Positions 39,620 to 47,339 of a stretch of DNA of 64,000 bases are shown in pieces. A model generated the notes under the pieces. That model made no database searches. It was not told where the DNA came from and saw only the letters and a list, made by a program, of their open reading frames with translations. This DNA comes from an uncultured Chloroflexia bacterium (GTDB lineage: Bacteria; Chloroflexota; Limnocylindria; Limnocylindrales; CSP1-4). Both the position numbers and the translations under genes were made by a program. Each line of letters opens with the position of its first letter. Position 1 is the first letter of the stretch. The stretch is taken from positions 1,603,815 to 1,667,814 of the forward strand of contig CAVTXK010000002.1 of assembly GCA_963738685.1 (NCBI GenBank), read 5' to 3'.

Positions 39620-39775
39620 GGCGAGCCCGGCGAGCACGGGGAGCCCGGGGAGCCCGGGAGCTCGCAGCCCCGGTGAGCCCGTCCAGCCCGGGGAGCCCGC
39701 CGAGCCCGGGGAGCTCGCAGGCCCGGCGAGCACGGCCAGCCCCGCCACGCCCGGTGAGCCCCGCCACGGGCGGCG
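39620..39775. repeat. degenerate GC-rich repeat tract with 9-nt periodicity (GGSGAGCCC units; longer internal duplications)
   Basis: CCCGGCGAGCACGG occurs at 39626 and 39722. GAGCCCGGG(G)AGCTCGCAG occurs at 39650 and 39702. Translates as Gly-X-Y (GEPGEHGEPGEPG...) but with broken frames and no start codon. Confidence 0.6.
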
Positions 39776-40046
39776 GTAGCTCAGCCGGCGTCCTCGGATG
39801 GTCCGGTTGGGTCGATTTCGTGCATCCGGCGAACGAATCCGGCTCGCTCTTGCATCAAGTGCACGTAACTTCGGCCAGGGGGCGGCCGCGGGTTGACTTT
39901 GTGCGTCAGGCGCATGGCGGCGGAGGGATAGCGCGCAAAATGGGGCTGGGCAGACGAAACTCTGCGTCCAATGCACACTGCAGGCCCGAACCGACGTCCG
40001 CGGCGAGTCCGGCAGTCACAACGTGCATTTGGCGCAAGGCCGGCCC

Positions 40047-40673
40047 TCACAGCAGGATCACCGAGCCACCGCCAGGGTCCACGCCGGCCGCGAGCAACTC
40101 GAGCGCGCGACGGCCCGGCATGGGGAATCGCTCCTCGAGCACCGGTGCGTGCGCTCGCACGAAGTCTCGATTGTGTCGCGAGTCGGTGAGGAGGAGGCTG
40201 ACCGCATCGATGTCACCGTCGCGCATCTTCAGCGCCAGGCGCCGTTCCAGTGCCTGGCGGTCGCGGGGCCGGGTCTCCGCCTCGTAGGCATGACGCCAGC
40301 CCGGCCCGAGCAGGACGACGTCCCAGGCGCGGAGGTCGCCGGCATGCGGAAAGGGAACTTCGGTCCGCACCCGGATCGATGGATGCAGGCGAGCCCGGAA
40401 TCGTTCGATCAGCGCCACATGCCCGGCGTCCCGGATCGGTTCGCCGGCGGGGAACGCTTTCACGGAGAGCTCCAGGCCAACGGCCGCGAGCAGCACGGCG
40501 GTCTGCTCGATCGTGATGCCGCGGGTCAGGCCGCGCTCGATCCGGCTGTATTGCGAAGCTGAGATCCCGAGTGTGGCGGCGACGCTCGCCTCGCTGAGGT
40601 CCCGATCAAGGCGGGCGGCTCGGAGCTCACCAAGGATGTTCGCGGTCATCGCGCGACCGCGAGCCGACCCCAT
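40047..40673 (-). CDS. XRE-family HTH protein with an uncharacterised C-terminal domain
   Basis: HTH SEASVAATLGISASQYSRIERGLTRGITIEQ. The C-terminal DLRAWDVVL...AYEAETR pattern is vaguely PD-(D/E)XK-like (speculative). The start is uncertain (ATG at 40673 or 40649). Confidence 0.6.
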   Translation of the reverse strand: MGSARGRAMTANILGELRAARLDRDLSEASVAATLGISASQYSRIERGLTRGITIEQTAVLLAAVGLELSVKAFPAGEPIRDAGHVALIERFRARLHPSIRVRTEVPFPHAGDLRAWDVVLLGPGWRHAYEAETRPRDRQALERRLALKMRDGDIDAVSLLLTDSRHNRDFVRAHAPVLEERFPMPGRRALELLAAGVDPGGGSVILL

Positions 40674-40804
40674 GTCCACGGTTCGCTCGCGGCTTCCCAT
40701 GGCGGCGAGGATGACGCTTGGCACTTCGCTGCGACTTCGCCACGCTGCGACTTGCCGGCGACGATGGAGCGCCCCCACGGGGGCCGCCGTCCGCAGAACA
40801 TCGA

Positions 40805-40835
40805 AAACGCCCCGGCCACAACGGCCGGGGCGTTT
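40805..40835 (-). terminator. terminator hairpin downstream of the VOC gene
   Basis: 13-bp stem AAACGCCCCGGCC / GGCCGGGGCGTTT with a 5-nt loop. On the minus strand the stem ends in TTTT. Confidence 0.6.
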
Positions 40836-40851
40836 CGCGTACGGCGAGAAG

Positions 40852-41196
40852 CTACTCGGTCAGACCGATGACGTGGCCTTCGGGATCGGCCAGGAGCGCC
40901 AGGGTCGCGCCCGCGCCCGGGCTGAACTTGGGCATGATCACGCTGCCGCCGGCCTTGGTGGCCTTCTCGAGCGTGGCGTCGATGTCGGCGACCCGCACGT
41001 AGAAGGTGACGTGCCCGGCGCTGCCGTCCGGGGTGGCGCCGACGCCGACCACGATGCCGGTCTCGTCGTGCGACGTCATGCCGTAGCCGCCCGGGTTGCT
41101 GGTGTCGAGGTTCCAACCGAACAGGTCGGCGAAGAAGCGCTGCAGCGCGGCGCCGTCGCGCCCGACGACTTCGGCGTGGATGACTTGATTGGCCAT
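40852..41196 (-). CDS. VOC-family (glyoxalase/bleomycin-resistance fold) protein
   Basis: ATG at 41196 after GGAGGA. MANQVIHAEVVGRDGAALQRFFADLFGW...ADPEGHVIGL. 114 aa. Confidence 0.8.
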   Translation of the reverse strand: MANQVIHAEVVGRDGAALQRFFADLFGWNLDTSNPGGYGMTSHDETGIVVGVGATPDGSAGHVTFYVRVADIDATLEKATKAGGSVIMPKFSPGAGATLALLADPEGHVIGLTE

Positions 41197-41280
41197 GACC
41201 TGGTCCTCCTGAGTCGGGGCCTGGTGGCCACCGTCAACCCAACGACGAACGCGCGAACCCGGAATCGACAATGCCGCGGA

Positions 41281-42240
41281 TCATCTCTTCGGGATCTCGC
41301 GAAGCGCCCAGCGCGCAGGGGTGAGGCCGATCGGACGGTTGGCGGCCGTCTCGCCGGCGGAGGCCTCGGCGGCTCCCGCGATGCGTAGGTCGGCGGGCGC
41401 GAGCTCGGATGGTCCAGTGGCTTCGGCCGATGGATCCGCGGCGGCTTCGGCCGATGGATCCGCGGCGGCTTCGGCCGATGGATCCGCGCCGACTCCGGTG
41501 ACGGGCCCATCGCCGGATGTGGCCTCGACTCCCGCAGCGGGCCGCAGCTGCCCCGTCATCCAATCCCGATACCACGGCGACCACGTTCGCGCGCCTCCGT
41601 CGTGGTACTCCGCGTACGTCTTCCCGAACGGCGCCTCCGAATTCGGACGCCGCGACGTGAACGCTCCAGCGTCGTGGAGCGGCGGCAGGTCCGCCTCCGA
41701 AACGCCGAGCCCGCGATAGACCGCCTCGACCTGGTGCAGCCACTCATGCACGTAGCCCTGGGCCGGATCGGGGTCGGTGCGCAGGGTCCGCCAATGATCG
41801 GTCGAGATCGATGTGAACCCGGCGCCGAACGTCGCCTCGCCCGGCCCGATCGTGCAGCCCCAGCCGCACTGGGGAACCTCCGGATCGCACGGCCACAAGG
41901 CGATCACCGAGTCGTACGCGGCGCCCGCGGCCGCGATCGCGGCGAGCTCCGGCCGGACCTCCCGCGGCCCGACCCACCATCGACCGCCGCCGCTCGCCGA
42001 AAGCGAACCGATCGGGCGGCGCATCTCGACGATATCGAACGGCTCCAGCGTCGCGAGCCCGGAGCTCCAGTCGGTCACCGTCGCCGGCAGGCGCTCGATG
42101 ACCCCCGAAACCGCCGCCCGCTCTTCGCGCGTCATCACCCGGCGCGCCCGGCGACGGCCGAGCCCGGACCCGTAGCGGGCATCCAGCACGGGATAGAGCA
42201 GCACGAGCGTTCGCCAGCGCTGGGTGCGGTCGTCGGTCAT
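41281..42240 (-). CDS. hypothetical protein with HEWLH (HExxH-like) motif and C-terminal ADPSAEAA repeats
   Basis: 319-aa ORF. YVHEWLHQVEAVY. No signal peptide. The C-terminal tail is low-complexity. Confidence 0.55.
   Translation of the reverse strand: MTDDRTQRWRTLVLLYPVLDARYGSGLGRRRARRVMTREERAAVSGVIERLPATVTDWSSGLATLEPFDIVEMRRPIGSLSASGGGRWWVGPREVRPELAAIAAAGAAYDSVIALWPCDPEVPQCGWGCTIGPGEATFGAGFTSISTDHWRTLRTDPDPAQGYVHEWLHQVEAVYRGLGVSEADLPPLHDAGAFTSRRPNSEAPFGKTYAEYHDGGARTWSPWYRDWMTGQLRPAAGVEATSGDGPVTGVGADPSAEAAADPSAEAAADPSAEATGPSELAPADLRIAGAAEASAGETAANRPIGLTPARWALREIPKR
41419..41490. repeat. 24-bp tandem repeat x3 (GGCTTCGGCCGATGGATCCGCGGC; third copy has 1 mismatch)
   Basis: Read directly. 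In frame, it encodes (ADPSAEAA)3 on the minus strand. Confidence 0.95.
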
Positions 42241-42286
42241 CCACGCGAGCGTACCCGGCCGATCGAGCCCCTGCTAGCATCCGGGC

Positions 42287-43186
42287 GTGGACACGCAGGC
42301 GAACGACCACCCCGGCCCCCTGGTCGACGTCGATTGGCTCGCCGACCACCTGCACGACTCGGACCTGCGGCTCGTCCACGTCTCACCCGACCGACGCGTC
42401 TACAACAAGCGCCATCTCCCCGGCGCGACGTACAGCGACCTGCACCGCGAGATCGCGTTGCGTGGAACGGCCCCCGAGACCGGCGACGCGGAGCGCGAAT
42501 GGCTCATCCCGAGCCCCGAGCAGACCGCCGCGGTCCTGCGCCGCTGGCGAGTCGGCGAGGGCGATCGGATCGTGTTCTACGACGACGTTGGCCTCAACCG
42601 CCAGGCCATCCGCGGGTACTGGCTCCTGCGCCTGTACCGCTACCCGGCGGATCGGTTGCATATCCTCGACGGGGGCATCAGGGCCTGGCGGCGGGCCGGC
42701 CACGAGACCACCGCCGAGGTACCCACCACGGACGAGACCGACGACGGGCGCGCCGCGGCGACCCTGGGCGGGCGCGACGACTCCATCATCGCGACCTACG
42801 ACGAGGTGCTCGCCTGGAGCCGTGAATCGACGACCGGCGACGACCCACCGACGCGCATCCTGGACGTCCGGACGGCCGGCGAGTGGGTCGGCACGGATCT
42901 GCGAGCCAGGCGCGGTGGCCACATCCCTGGTGCCCGCAACCGGCTGTTCTCGGACCTGCTCACCGATGAGGGCACGTTCCGCCCCGTCGACCAGATGCTC
43001 TCGATCATCCGTGCCAGCGGGGCGGACCCGGCCGAGATTCGCGCCACCTACTGTCAGGGTGGCGTCCGCGCTGCGCTCGTCTGGTTCGTCCTCCATGAGC
43101 TGGCCGGTTTCGAGGATGTCCGCAGCTACGCCGGGTCGTGGGAGGAGTGGGGCAACCGCCCGGACAGCCCCATCGAGGCGCCCTGA
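42287..43186 (+). CDS. two-domain rhodanese (thiosulfate/3-mercaptopyruvate sulfurtransferase)
   Basis: 299 aa. VDVDWLADHL, HLPGA, GGHIPGARN, active-site loop YCQGGVRA. Confidence 0.85.
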   Translation: MDTQANDHPGPLVDVDWLADHLHDSDLRLVHVSPDRRVYNKRHLPGATYSDLHREIALRGTAPETGDAEREWLIPSPEQTAAVLRRWRVGEGDRIVFYDDVGLNRQAIRGYWLLRLYRYPADRLHILDGGIRAWRRAGHETTAEVPTTDETDDGRAAATLGGRDDSIIATYDEVLAWSRESTTGDDPPTRILDVRTAGEWVGTDLRARRGGHIPGARNRLFSDLLTDEGTFRPVDQMLSIIRASGADPAEIRATYCQGGVRAALVWFVLHELAGFEDVRSYAGSWEEWGNRPDSPIEAP

Positions 43187-43244
43187 GCGAGCCGTGGGGC
43201 TGAACATCGATCCAGGTCGCGACCTTCCCGCGCGGTCGACCGCG

Positions 43245-43997
43245 ATGGTCCGCGCGTTCGGGCAACCCCTGCAGCGGGCGATGATCGGCGGCGGACTCGT
43301 CGCTGCCGTCATCGCGGTCGTGTGGATGTTCGTCGTGGACGGGACCGCATCCTCGATCCCGCAGCCGCTGGTCGTGGCGCCGATCGCCGGCATGGCAGGG
43401 ACGCTGGTGGCAGTCGCCCTCGTCCCAGCCCATGTGCGCCGGGCGTACGAGGCCTTCTCCTGGCTCGGTCGGGCGGAGGTGGACCGGTTCGAGGCACGGA
43501 CCGGTGGCCCGGTCCCGACCCGACCCGACGAGTTCGAGGACTGGCTCGCCGCTCACCCGCCGACGCCAGCGATGCTCCTGCCGCGGGTCGAGATCCTGGC
43601 CTTCCTCGGTCGCTACGACGCGGCGCGCCGCGAGCTCGCGGACATCGAACAGGCTCCCGACACCGCGTTCGAACGGGCCTCGTTGACGCAGTACATCGAC
43701 TGGATCGAGACCGGCACTCCCGGGACCGCCGCCCTGCGCGCTGCCACCGCACCCATCACGCCGGGCACCGATGCCCGGCGGGTCGCGGACACGACCGTCG
43801 CCCTGGCTGAGGCCCGCGTACTCGTCGAGGGCGACGACCCCGGGTGGACGGTGCCGCTCGAGACGGCCCGACGCGACCTGGGCGTCGCGCCGTTGCGGGT
43901 CGTGCTCCGCGATACATGGGTCAAGGCCGGGGTCACCTTCACGCTCGTGGCGCTCATCGCGGCATTCGGCGCGTCCCTGCTGCGCTTCCTGCTCTGA
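43245..43997 (+). CDS. membrane protein (2 N-terminal TM helices + 1 C-terminal TM helix, helical middle)
   Basis: ATG at 43245 in the frame of track ORF 42462..43997. GGGLVAAVIAVVWMFVV, VVAPIAGMAGTLVAVALV, VTFTLVALIAAFGASLL. Confidence 0.5.
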   Translation: MVRAFGQPLQRAMIGGGLVAAVIAVVWMFVVDGTASSIPQPLVVAPIAGMAGTLVAVALVPAHVRRAYEAFSWLGRAEVDRFEARTGGPVPTRPDEFEDWLAAHPPTPAMLLPRVEILAFLGRYDAARRELADIEQAPDTAFERASLTQYIDWIETGTPGTAALRAATAPITPGTDARRVADTTVALAEARVLVEGDDPGWTVPLETARRDLGVAPLRVVLRDTWVKAGVTFTLVALIAAFGASLLRFLL

Positions 43998-44058
43998 GGT
44001 ATCCTTCCGACCGGCCGCGTGTCTCGCGGCCTCCGCGGGCGCGACGCCCGGGTCACGT

Positions 44059-44133
44059 TCCGGCGTAGCTCAGTGGTAGAGCGGGCGACTGTTAATCGCT
44101 TGGTCGTAGGTTCGAATCCTACCGCCGGAGCCA
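44059..44133 (+). tRNA. tRNA-Asn (anticodon GTT), CCA encoded
   Basis: Manual fold. Acceptor TCCGGCG/CGCCGGA, D arm GCTC-AGTGGTA-GAGC, anticodon arm GGCGA-CTGTTAA-TCGCT, T arm GTAGG-TTCGAAT-CCTAC, discriminator G, CCA. Confidence 0.9.
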
Positions 44134-44213
44134 TTCTCCTCCCGACGAACATGCGCGCTCAGCGCTGCTCATTGACGTTGCGAGGTGGAGGCGCCACCAA
44201 GAGGAGTAGGTCT

Positions 44214-44345
44214 ATGGCCAACGAACGGACGTATCCGGTCCTGCCGTGTGGCGATGTCGACGAGTCGATCGCGTTCTACGAGTCACTCGGGTTCAAGAGG
44301 TCATACCGACAGGTGCGTCCGAACCCGATCAATTCGGTCACGTGA
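44214..44345 (+). pseudogene. 5' fragment (43 codons) of a VOC/glyoxalase-family gene, truncated
   Basis: GAGGAG RBS. MANERTYPVLPCGDVDESIAFYESLGFKRSYRQVRPNP then INSVT*. Full-length family members are about 120 aa. The break coincides with the 16-bp palindrome. Confidence 0.5.
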
Positions 44346-44349
44346 CCGA
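44334..44349. repeat. perfect 16-bp palindrome TCGGTCACGTGACCGA at the truncation point
   Basis: Read directly. It contains the stop codon of the fragment. Confidence 0.9.
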
Positions 44350-44351
44350 GC

Positions 44352-44849
44352 TTGTCGATCAAGGATGAGACAGCGATCGGGGAGGCAGTCCCTGTGCCAT
44401 CGAGCGTAGTCGCCGAACGTCTCGCCGAGTGGCGCGCCGCCGAGCGGGCCTGGGAAGGCATGAGCCCCGAGGCGCCGGGGTTTCGCGACGCCTCCATCGC
44501 CGTCCTGCGGGCGTGGCTCGCCTACCAGGCCGCCACCGAGCCGGCGGAGCCTGGAACGTTTGCCCTCGTCGCGGATGACGATCACGCCTATGTCGCGGTG
44601 AGCGCCGGGGTCACGGCGGTGCTGGGGTATGAGCCGGCGGAGCTCCTGGGCCTCCACATCGAGGACATCGCCGCGCCCGACCTGGCCGCGCTGACACCGG
44701 AGCAGTGGCGCGCGTTCCTCGCCGCAGGTCGCCAGGACGGCGAGTACCGGCTGCTCGCCAAGGACGGGTCGACGGTCGCGGTCCGGTTCCAGGCGCGGGC
44801 ACACTATCCGATCCCCCGGTTCCACCTGTCACGGTTGACCGCTCGCTAG
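44352..44849 (+). CDS. PAS-domain protein with helical N-terminal region
   Basis: 165 aa. FALVADDDHAYVAVSAGVTAVLGYEPAELLGLHIEDI...GEYRLLAKDGSTVAVRF. Non-ATG start. Confidence 0.55.
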   Translation: MSIKDETAIGEAVPVPSSVVAERLAEWRAAERAWEGMSPEAPGFRDASIAVLRAWLAYQAATEPAEPGTFALVADDDHAYVAVSAGVTAVLGYEPAELLGLHIEDIAAPDLAALTPEQWRAFLAAGRQDGEYRLLAKDGSTVAVRFQARAHYPIPRFHLSRLTAR

Positions 44850-44877
44850 CGACGGTCGTCGCGAGGATCCGAGGCGC

Positions 44878-45480
44878 CTACGGTTCGAGGTGGCTGCCCT
44901 CGTTCCACAGCTCGATCACGCGGTTCGCTCGGTCCCAACCCAGCAGCCCGAGCGTGGCGGTCGAGAGGGCGAACTTGCTGCCGCCGGTCGGCGGCAACTC
45001 GACCCAGCGGGCGGCCAGCACGCGCAGGAAGTGGCCGTGCGCGAAGATCAGCGCGTCGCCGTCGACGGCCGGGTCGAGGCATCGCTCGATGACTCGATCG
45101 GCCCTGGCGCCGACCTCCTCGGGCGTTTCCCCGTCGATCCACGGGCCGGTCCAGATGCTCCAATCCGGGATCTCGGTGCGGATGTCCGCCGTCGTCCGCC
45201 CCTCGAACGCGCCGTAATCCCACTCGTGCAGGTCGGGGTCGATCTCGAGGCGGTCGCCGAACCCGGCGAGCTTGGCGGTCTCCGCCGCACGCGACAGGGG
45301 ACTGCTCAGCACGAGGGCGAACGTCCGACCGGCGAGCCGCTTCCCGAGGGCCCGGGCCTGCTCGCGGCCGGTCTCCGTGAGCGGGATGTCGGTCGTGCCG
45401 GTATGCCGGCCGTTGCGCGCCCACTCGGTCTCGCCGTGGCGAACGAGCCAGATCTGGCGCTCGGCGGCCGGTTCGCTCAC
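44878..45480 (-). CDS. histidine phosphatase (phosphoglycerate-mutase-like) family protein
   Basis: 200 aa. WLVRHGETEWARNGRHTGTTDIPLTETG (RHG motif), later FAHGHFLRV. Confidence 0.85.
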   Translation of the reverse strand: MSEPAAERQIWLVRHGETEWARNGRHTGTTDIPLTETGREQARALGKRLAGRTFALVLSSPLSRAAETAKLAGFGDRLEIDPDLHEWDYGAFEGRTTADIRTEIPDWSIWTGPWIDGETPEEVGARADRVIERCLDPAVDGDALIFAHGHFLRVLAARWVELPPTGGSKFALSTATLGLLGWDRANRVIELWNEGSHLEP

Positions 45481-46043
45481 AGGACCGCCTCCGATCGGGC
45501 GATCTCATCGGATCGGGCCGCGAAGAACTCACGCGGTCGCCAGCCGAAGACCCAGGCCAGGACAAGGGCCGGCACGGTCGAGATCCTCGTGTTGTAGCGG
45601 TAGACCTGGTCGTTGTAGAGCTCGCGGCGGTCCGCGATCATGCTCTCGAGGCGTTCGATCTCGTCCTGCAGGTCGAGCACGTTCTGCTGCGACTTGAGCT
45701 CCGGATAGGCCTCGACGACGGCGAACAGCGAGCGGACCGCGGCGGTCGTGGCGTCGGAGTGGACGGCCTGGTCCGGGATGGGCTCGGTGGGGGAGTAGGC
45801 GGCCCGAGCCTGCGCCACTTCCGTGAGCACCTGCTGCTCGAAGGCCAGGACGCCGCGCACCGCCGACACGAGGGCGGGCAGTTGGTCGTGGCGCTGCTTG
45901 AGCGCGACATCGATGTTGGACCAGGCCTTGTCGATGCGTTGCCGTAGTGCCATGACAGCGTTGTAGTTTGCTACCACGATGAACGCCACGATCGCGACTA
46001 CGAGTCCGACGGCGAACGCGGCGACCATCGAGGCGGGGGTCAT
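45477..46043 (-). CDS. lemA: LemA family protein
   Basis: 188 aa. N-terminal TM helix, YNAVMALRQRIDKAWSNIDVALKQRHDQLP, YNTRI. Confidence 0.9.
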   Translation of the reverse strand: MTPASMVAAFAVGLVVAIVAFIVVANYNAVMALRQRIDKAWSNIDVALKQRHDQLPALVSAVRGVLAFEQQVLTEVAQARAAYSPTEPIPDQAVHSDATTAAVRSLFAVVEAYPELKSQQNVLDLQDEIERLESMIADRRELYNDQVYRYNTRISTVPALVLAWVFGWRPREFFAARSDEIARSEAVL

Positions 46044-47129
46044 GGGGCGAGCTCCGGGCCGACCATGAGCGCCAACGCCAGCGCACAGCCGATCGCGAGC
46101 ACCGCGCCGAGCAACCCGATGATGAACCGATCCTGGAATCGGTCGGCGGCGACGCCCGGCACCCCATGCGCGATCAGCAGCGGCACATCCGGCGCGCTGG
46201 CCATGACCAGCGCGCCGGGCGCGATCGCGAACCGTCGTTCGATCTGCGCAGCTTCCTCGGGCGGCGCCACCGGCAGGGCCTGGGCCGCGGGATCCAGCTC
46301 CGGCGTTCGCACCGGCCGTCCGACCCCGAAGCCGGGGATCGCGGCGTTGCCCCAGGCCTCCTCGGGGGTATCGGCCAGCAGCCCGGCCTCCCGCGCCTCC
46401 GCGATGTTCGCGTTGACCTCGTAGTCGTCGACGGCCACCTCCGATCCGAGCGCGATGTCGGCCTCGGCCGGATCCGCCAGGTCGGAGAAGGGCATCGCCC
46501 GGCCGACGATCGTGACCGGATCGCCGGGCTCCAATCGAGACTCGCGGTACCGTCGCCCCCGATCGGACCCGCCCATCCCGCCCGCGCCGTCGCGGAGCAA
46601 CGGATGTCGATTCGCGTCGACTGCCGGTCGGACCGACAACAGCACGGCGATGGCCGCCTCGCGGTCCAGCTCGGCTGCCGGCAGCGCGATCGCGCCACCG
46701 GTCCGCAAGGCCAGGCCGGGCGGCTCGTCCCCGAACGTCCCGGTCCGGTCGTCGAAGCTCATCGGTACGTCCCAGCGACCCCCGCGCGGGAAGACCCGGA
46801 TGTCGCCGGAGGCGTCACGGACCCGAAAGCCGATGGCCCGTTCCTCGTCGAAGTCGGCGCTCCCCGAGTCATCATCCCGGTCCACGGTTGCCCGGTAGTA
46901 CACGCACGGCCGGCTCTGCAGCGGGGAGATGAGCGTCACCTCGGCCGCCTCGACCACGCCGCTCACCCGCACCTCGCCGGCCGCCAGCGAGCGGATCGTC
47001 GACGTGCCGGTGTCACCGATCCGGGTCGCGCTGCGATAGCCCCGACATCCCGCGTACCAGGAGCCACAGCCCGGCGACCACGCCGGCGGCCGCCAGCGCG
47101 GCGACCAGCCCATCGAACCCCGACTCCAT
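46040..47129 (-). pseudogene. GIDE-domain membrane protein, one apparent +1 frameshift near the 5' end
   Basis: The ATG at 47129 gives MESGFDGLVAALAAAGVVAGLWLLVRGMSG (TM helix). The rest (YRSATRIGDTGTSTIRSLAAGEVRVSGVVEA...) is in the frame of 46040..47137. The junction is the CCCC run at 47040-47043. There is a C-terminal TM helix. Confidence 0.65.
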
Positions 47130-47162
47130 GCACGCATCGTACGGGGCTTGCCGACCCCGCCG

Positions 47163-47339
47163 TCAGCTTTCCGGACGACCGGGCCGGAAGGAGAGCACGA
47201 CCAGGACGACGCCCAGCACGACCGAGGCGATCGGCCAGAGCCGCCCGAGATCGAACCCCGGAAGAGCCTCGCGGGCGAGGAACAACGCCCCGATGATGAT
47301 GAGGACCAGGCCGGCGGCGATCGCCCCGCGGCCGCTCAC
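47163..47339 (-). CDS. small two-TM membrane protein (DUF5668/LiaI-LiaF-TM-like)
   Basis: The GTG overlaps the upstream stop (GTGA). VSGRGAIAAGLVLIIIGALFLAREALPGFDLGRLWPIASVVLGVVLVVLSF. Confidence 0.45.
   Translation of the reverse strand: MSGRGAIAAGLVLIIIGALFLAREALPGFDLGRLWPIASVVLGVVLVVLSFRPGRPES

Noticed and set aside
39620-39775. CRISPR array or collagen-like coding gene in the repeat tract after rpoD
   Set aside because: The units are 9-nt degenerate repeats with no regular 25-40 bp spacers and no cas genes. Gly-X-Y reading frames break every few units and there is no start codon or RBS.
39590-39976. 128-aa minus-strand ORF with Gly-X-Y repeats overlapping the rpoD stop
   Set aside because: Its N-terminal part has no protein-like features. 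The collagen-like part is simply the reverse strand of the 9-nt repeat. It overlaps rpoD and has no RBS.
39603-44058. Integrated mobile element or genomic island between rpoD and tRNA-Asn
   Set aside because: No integrase, recombinase, transposase or direct repeat of the tRNA 3' end could be found by eye. The gene content is merely accessory-looking, so it is reported only as context.
44334-44349. TCGGTCACGTGACCGA as a canonical parS site
   Set aside because: Only the central TCACGTGA and the outermost bases match the parS consensus TGTTTCACGTGAAACA (10/16). It is a single copy 7 kb from parB and sits at a gene-truncation junction.
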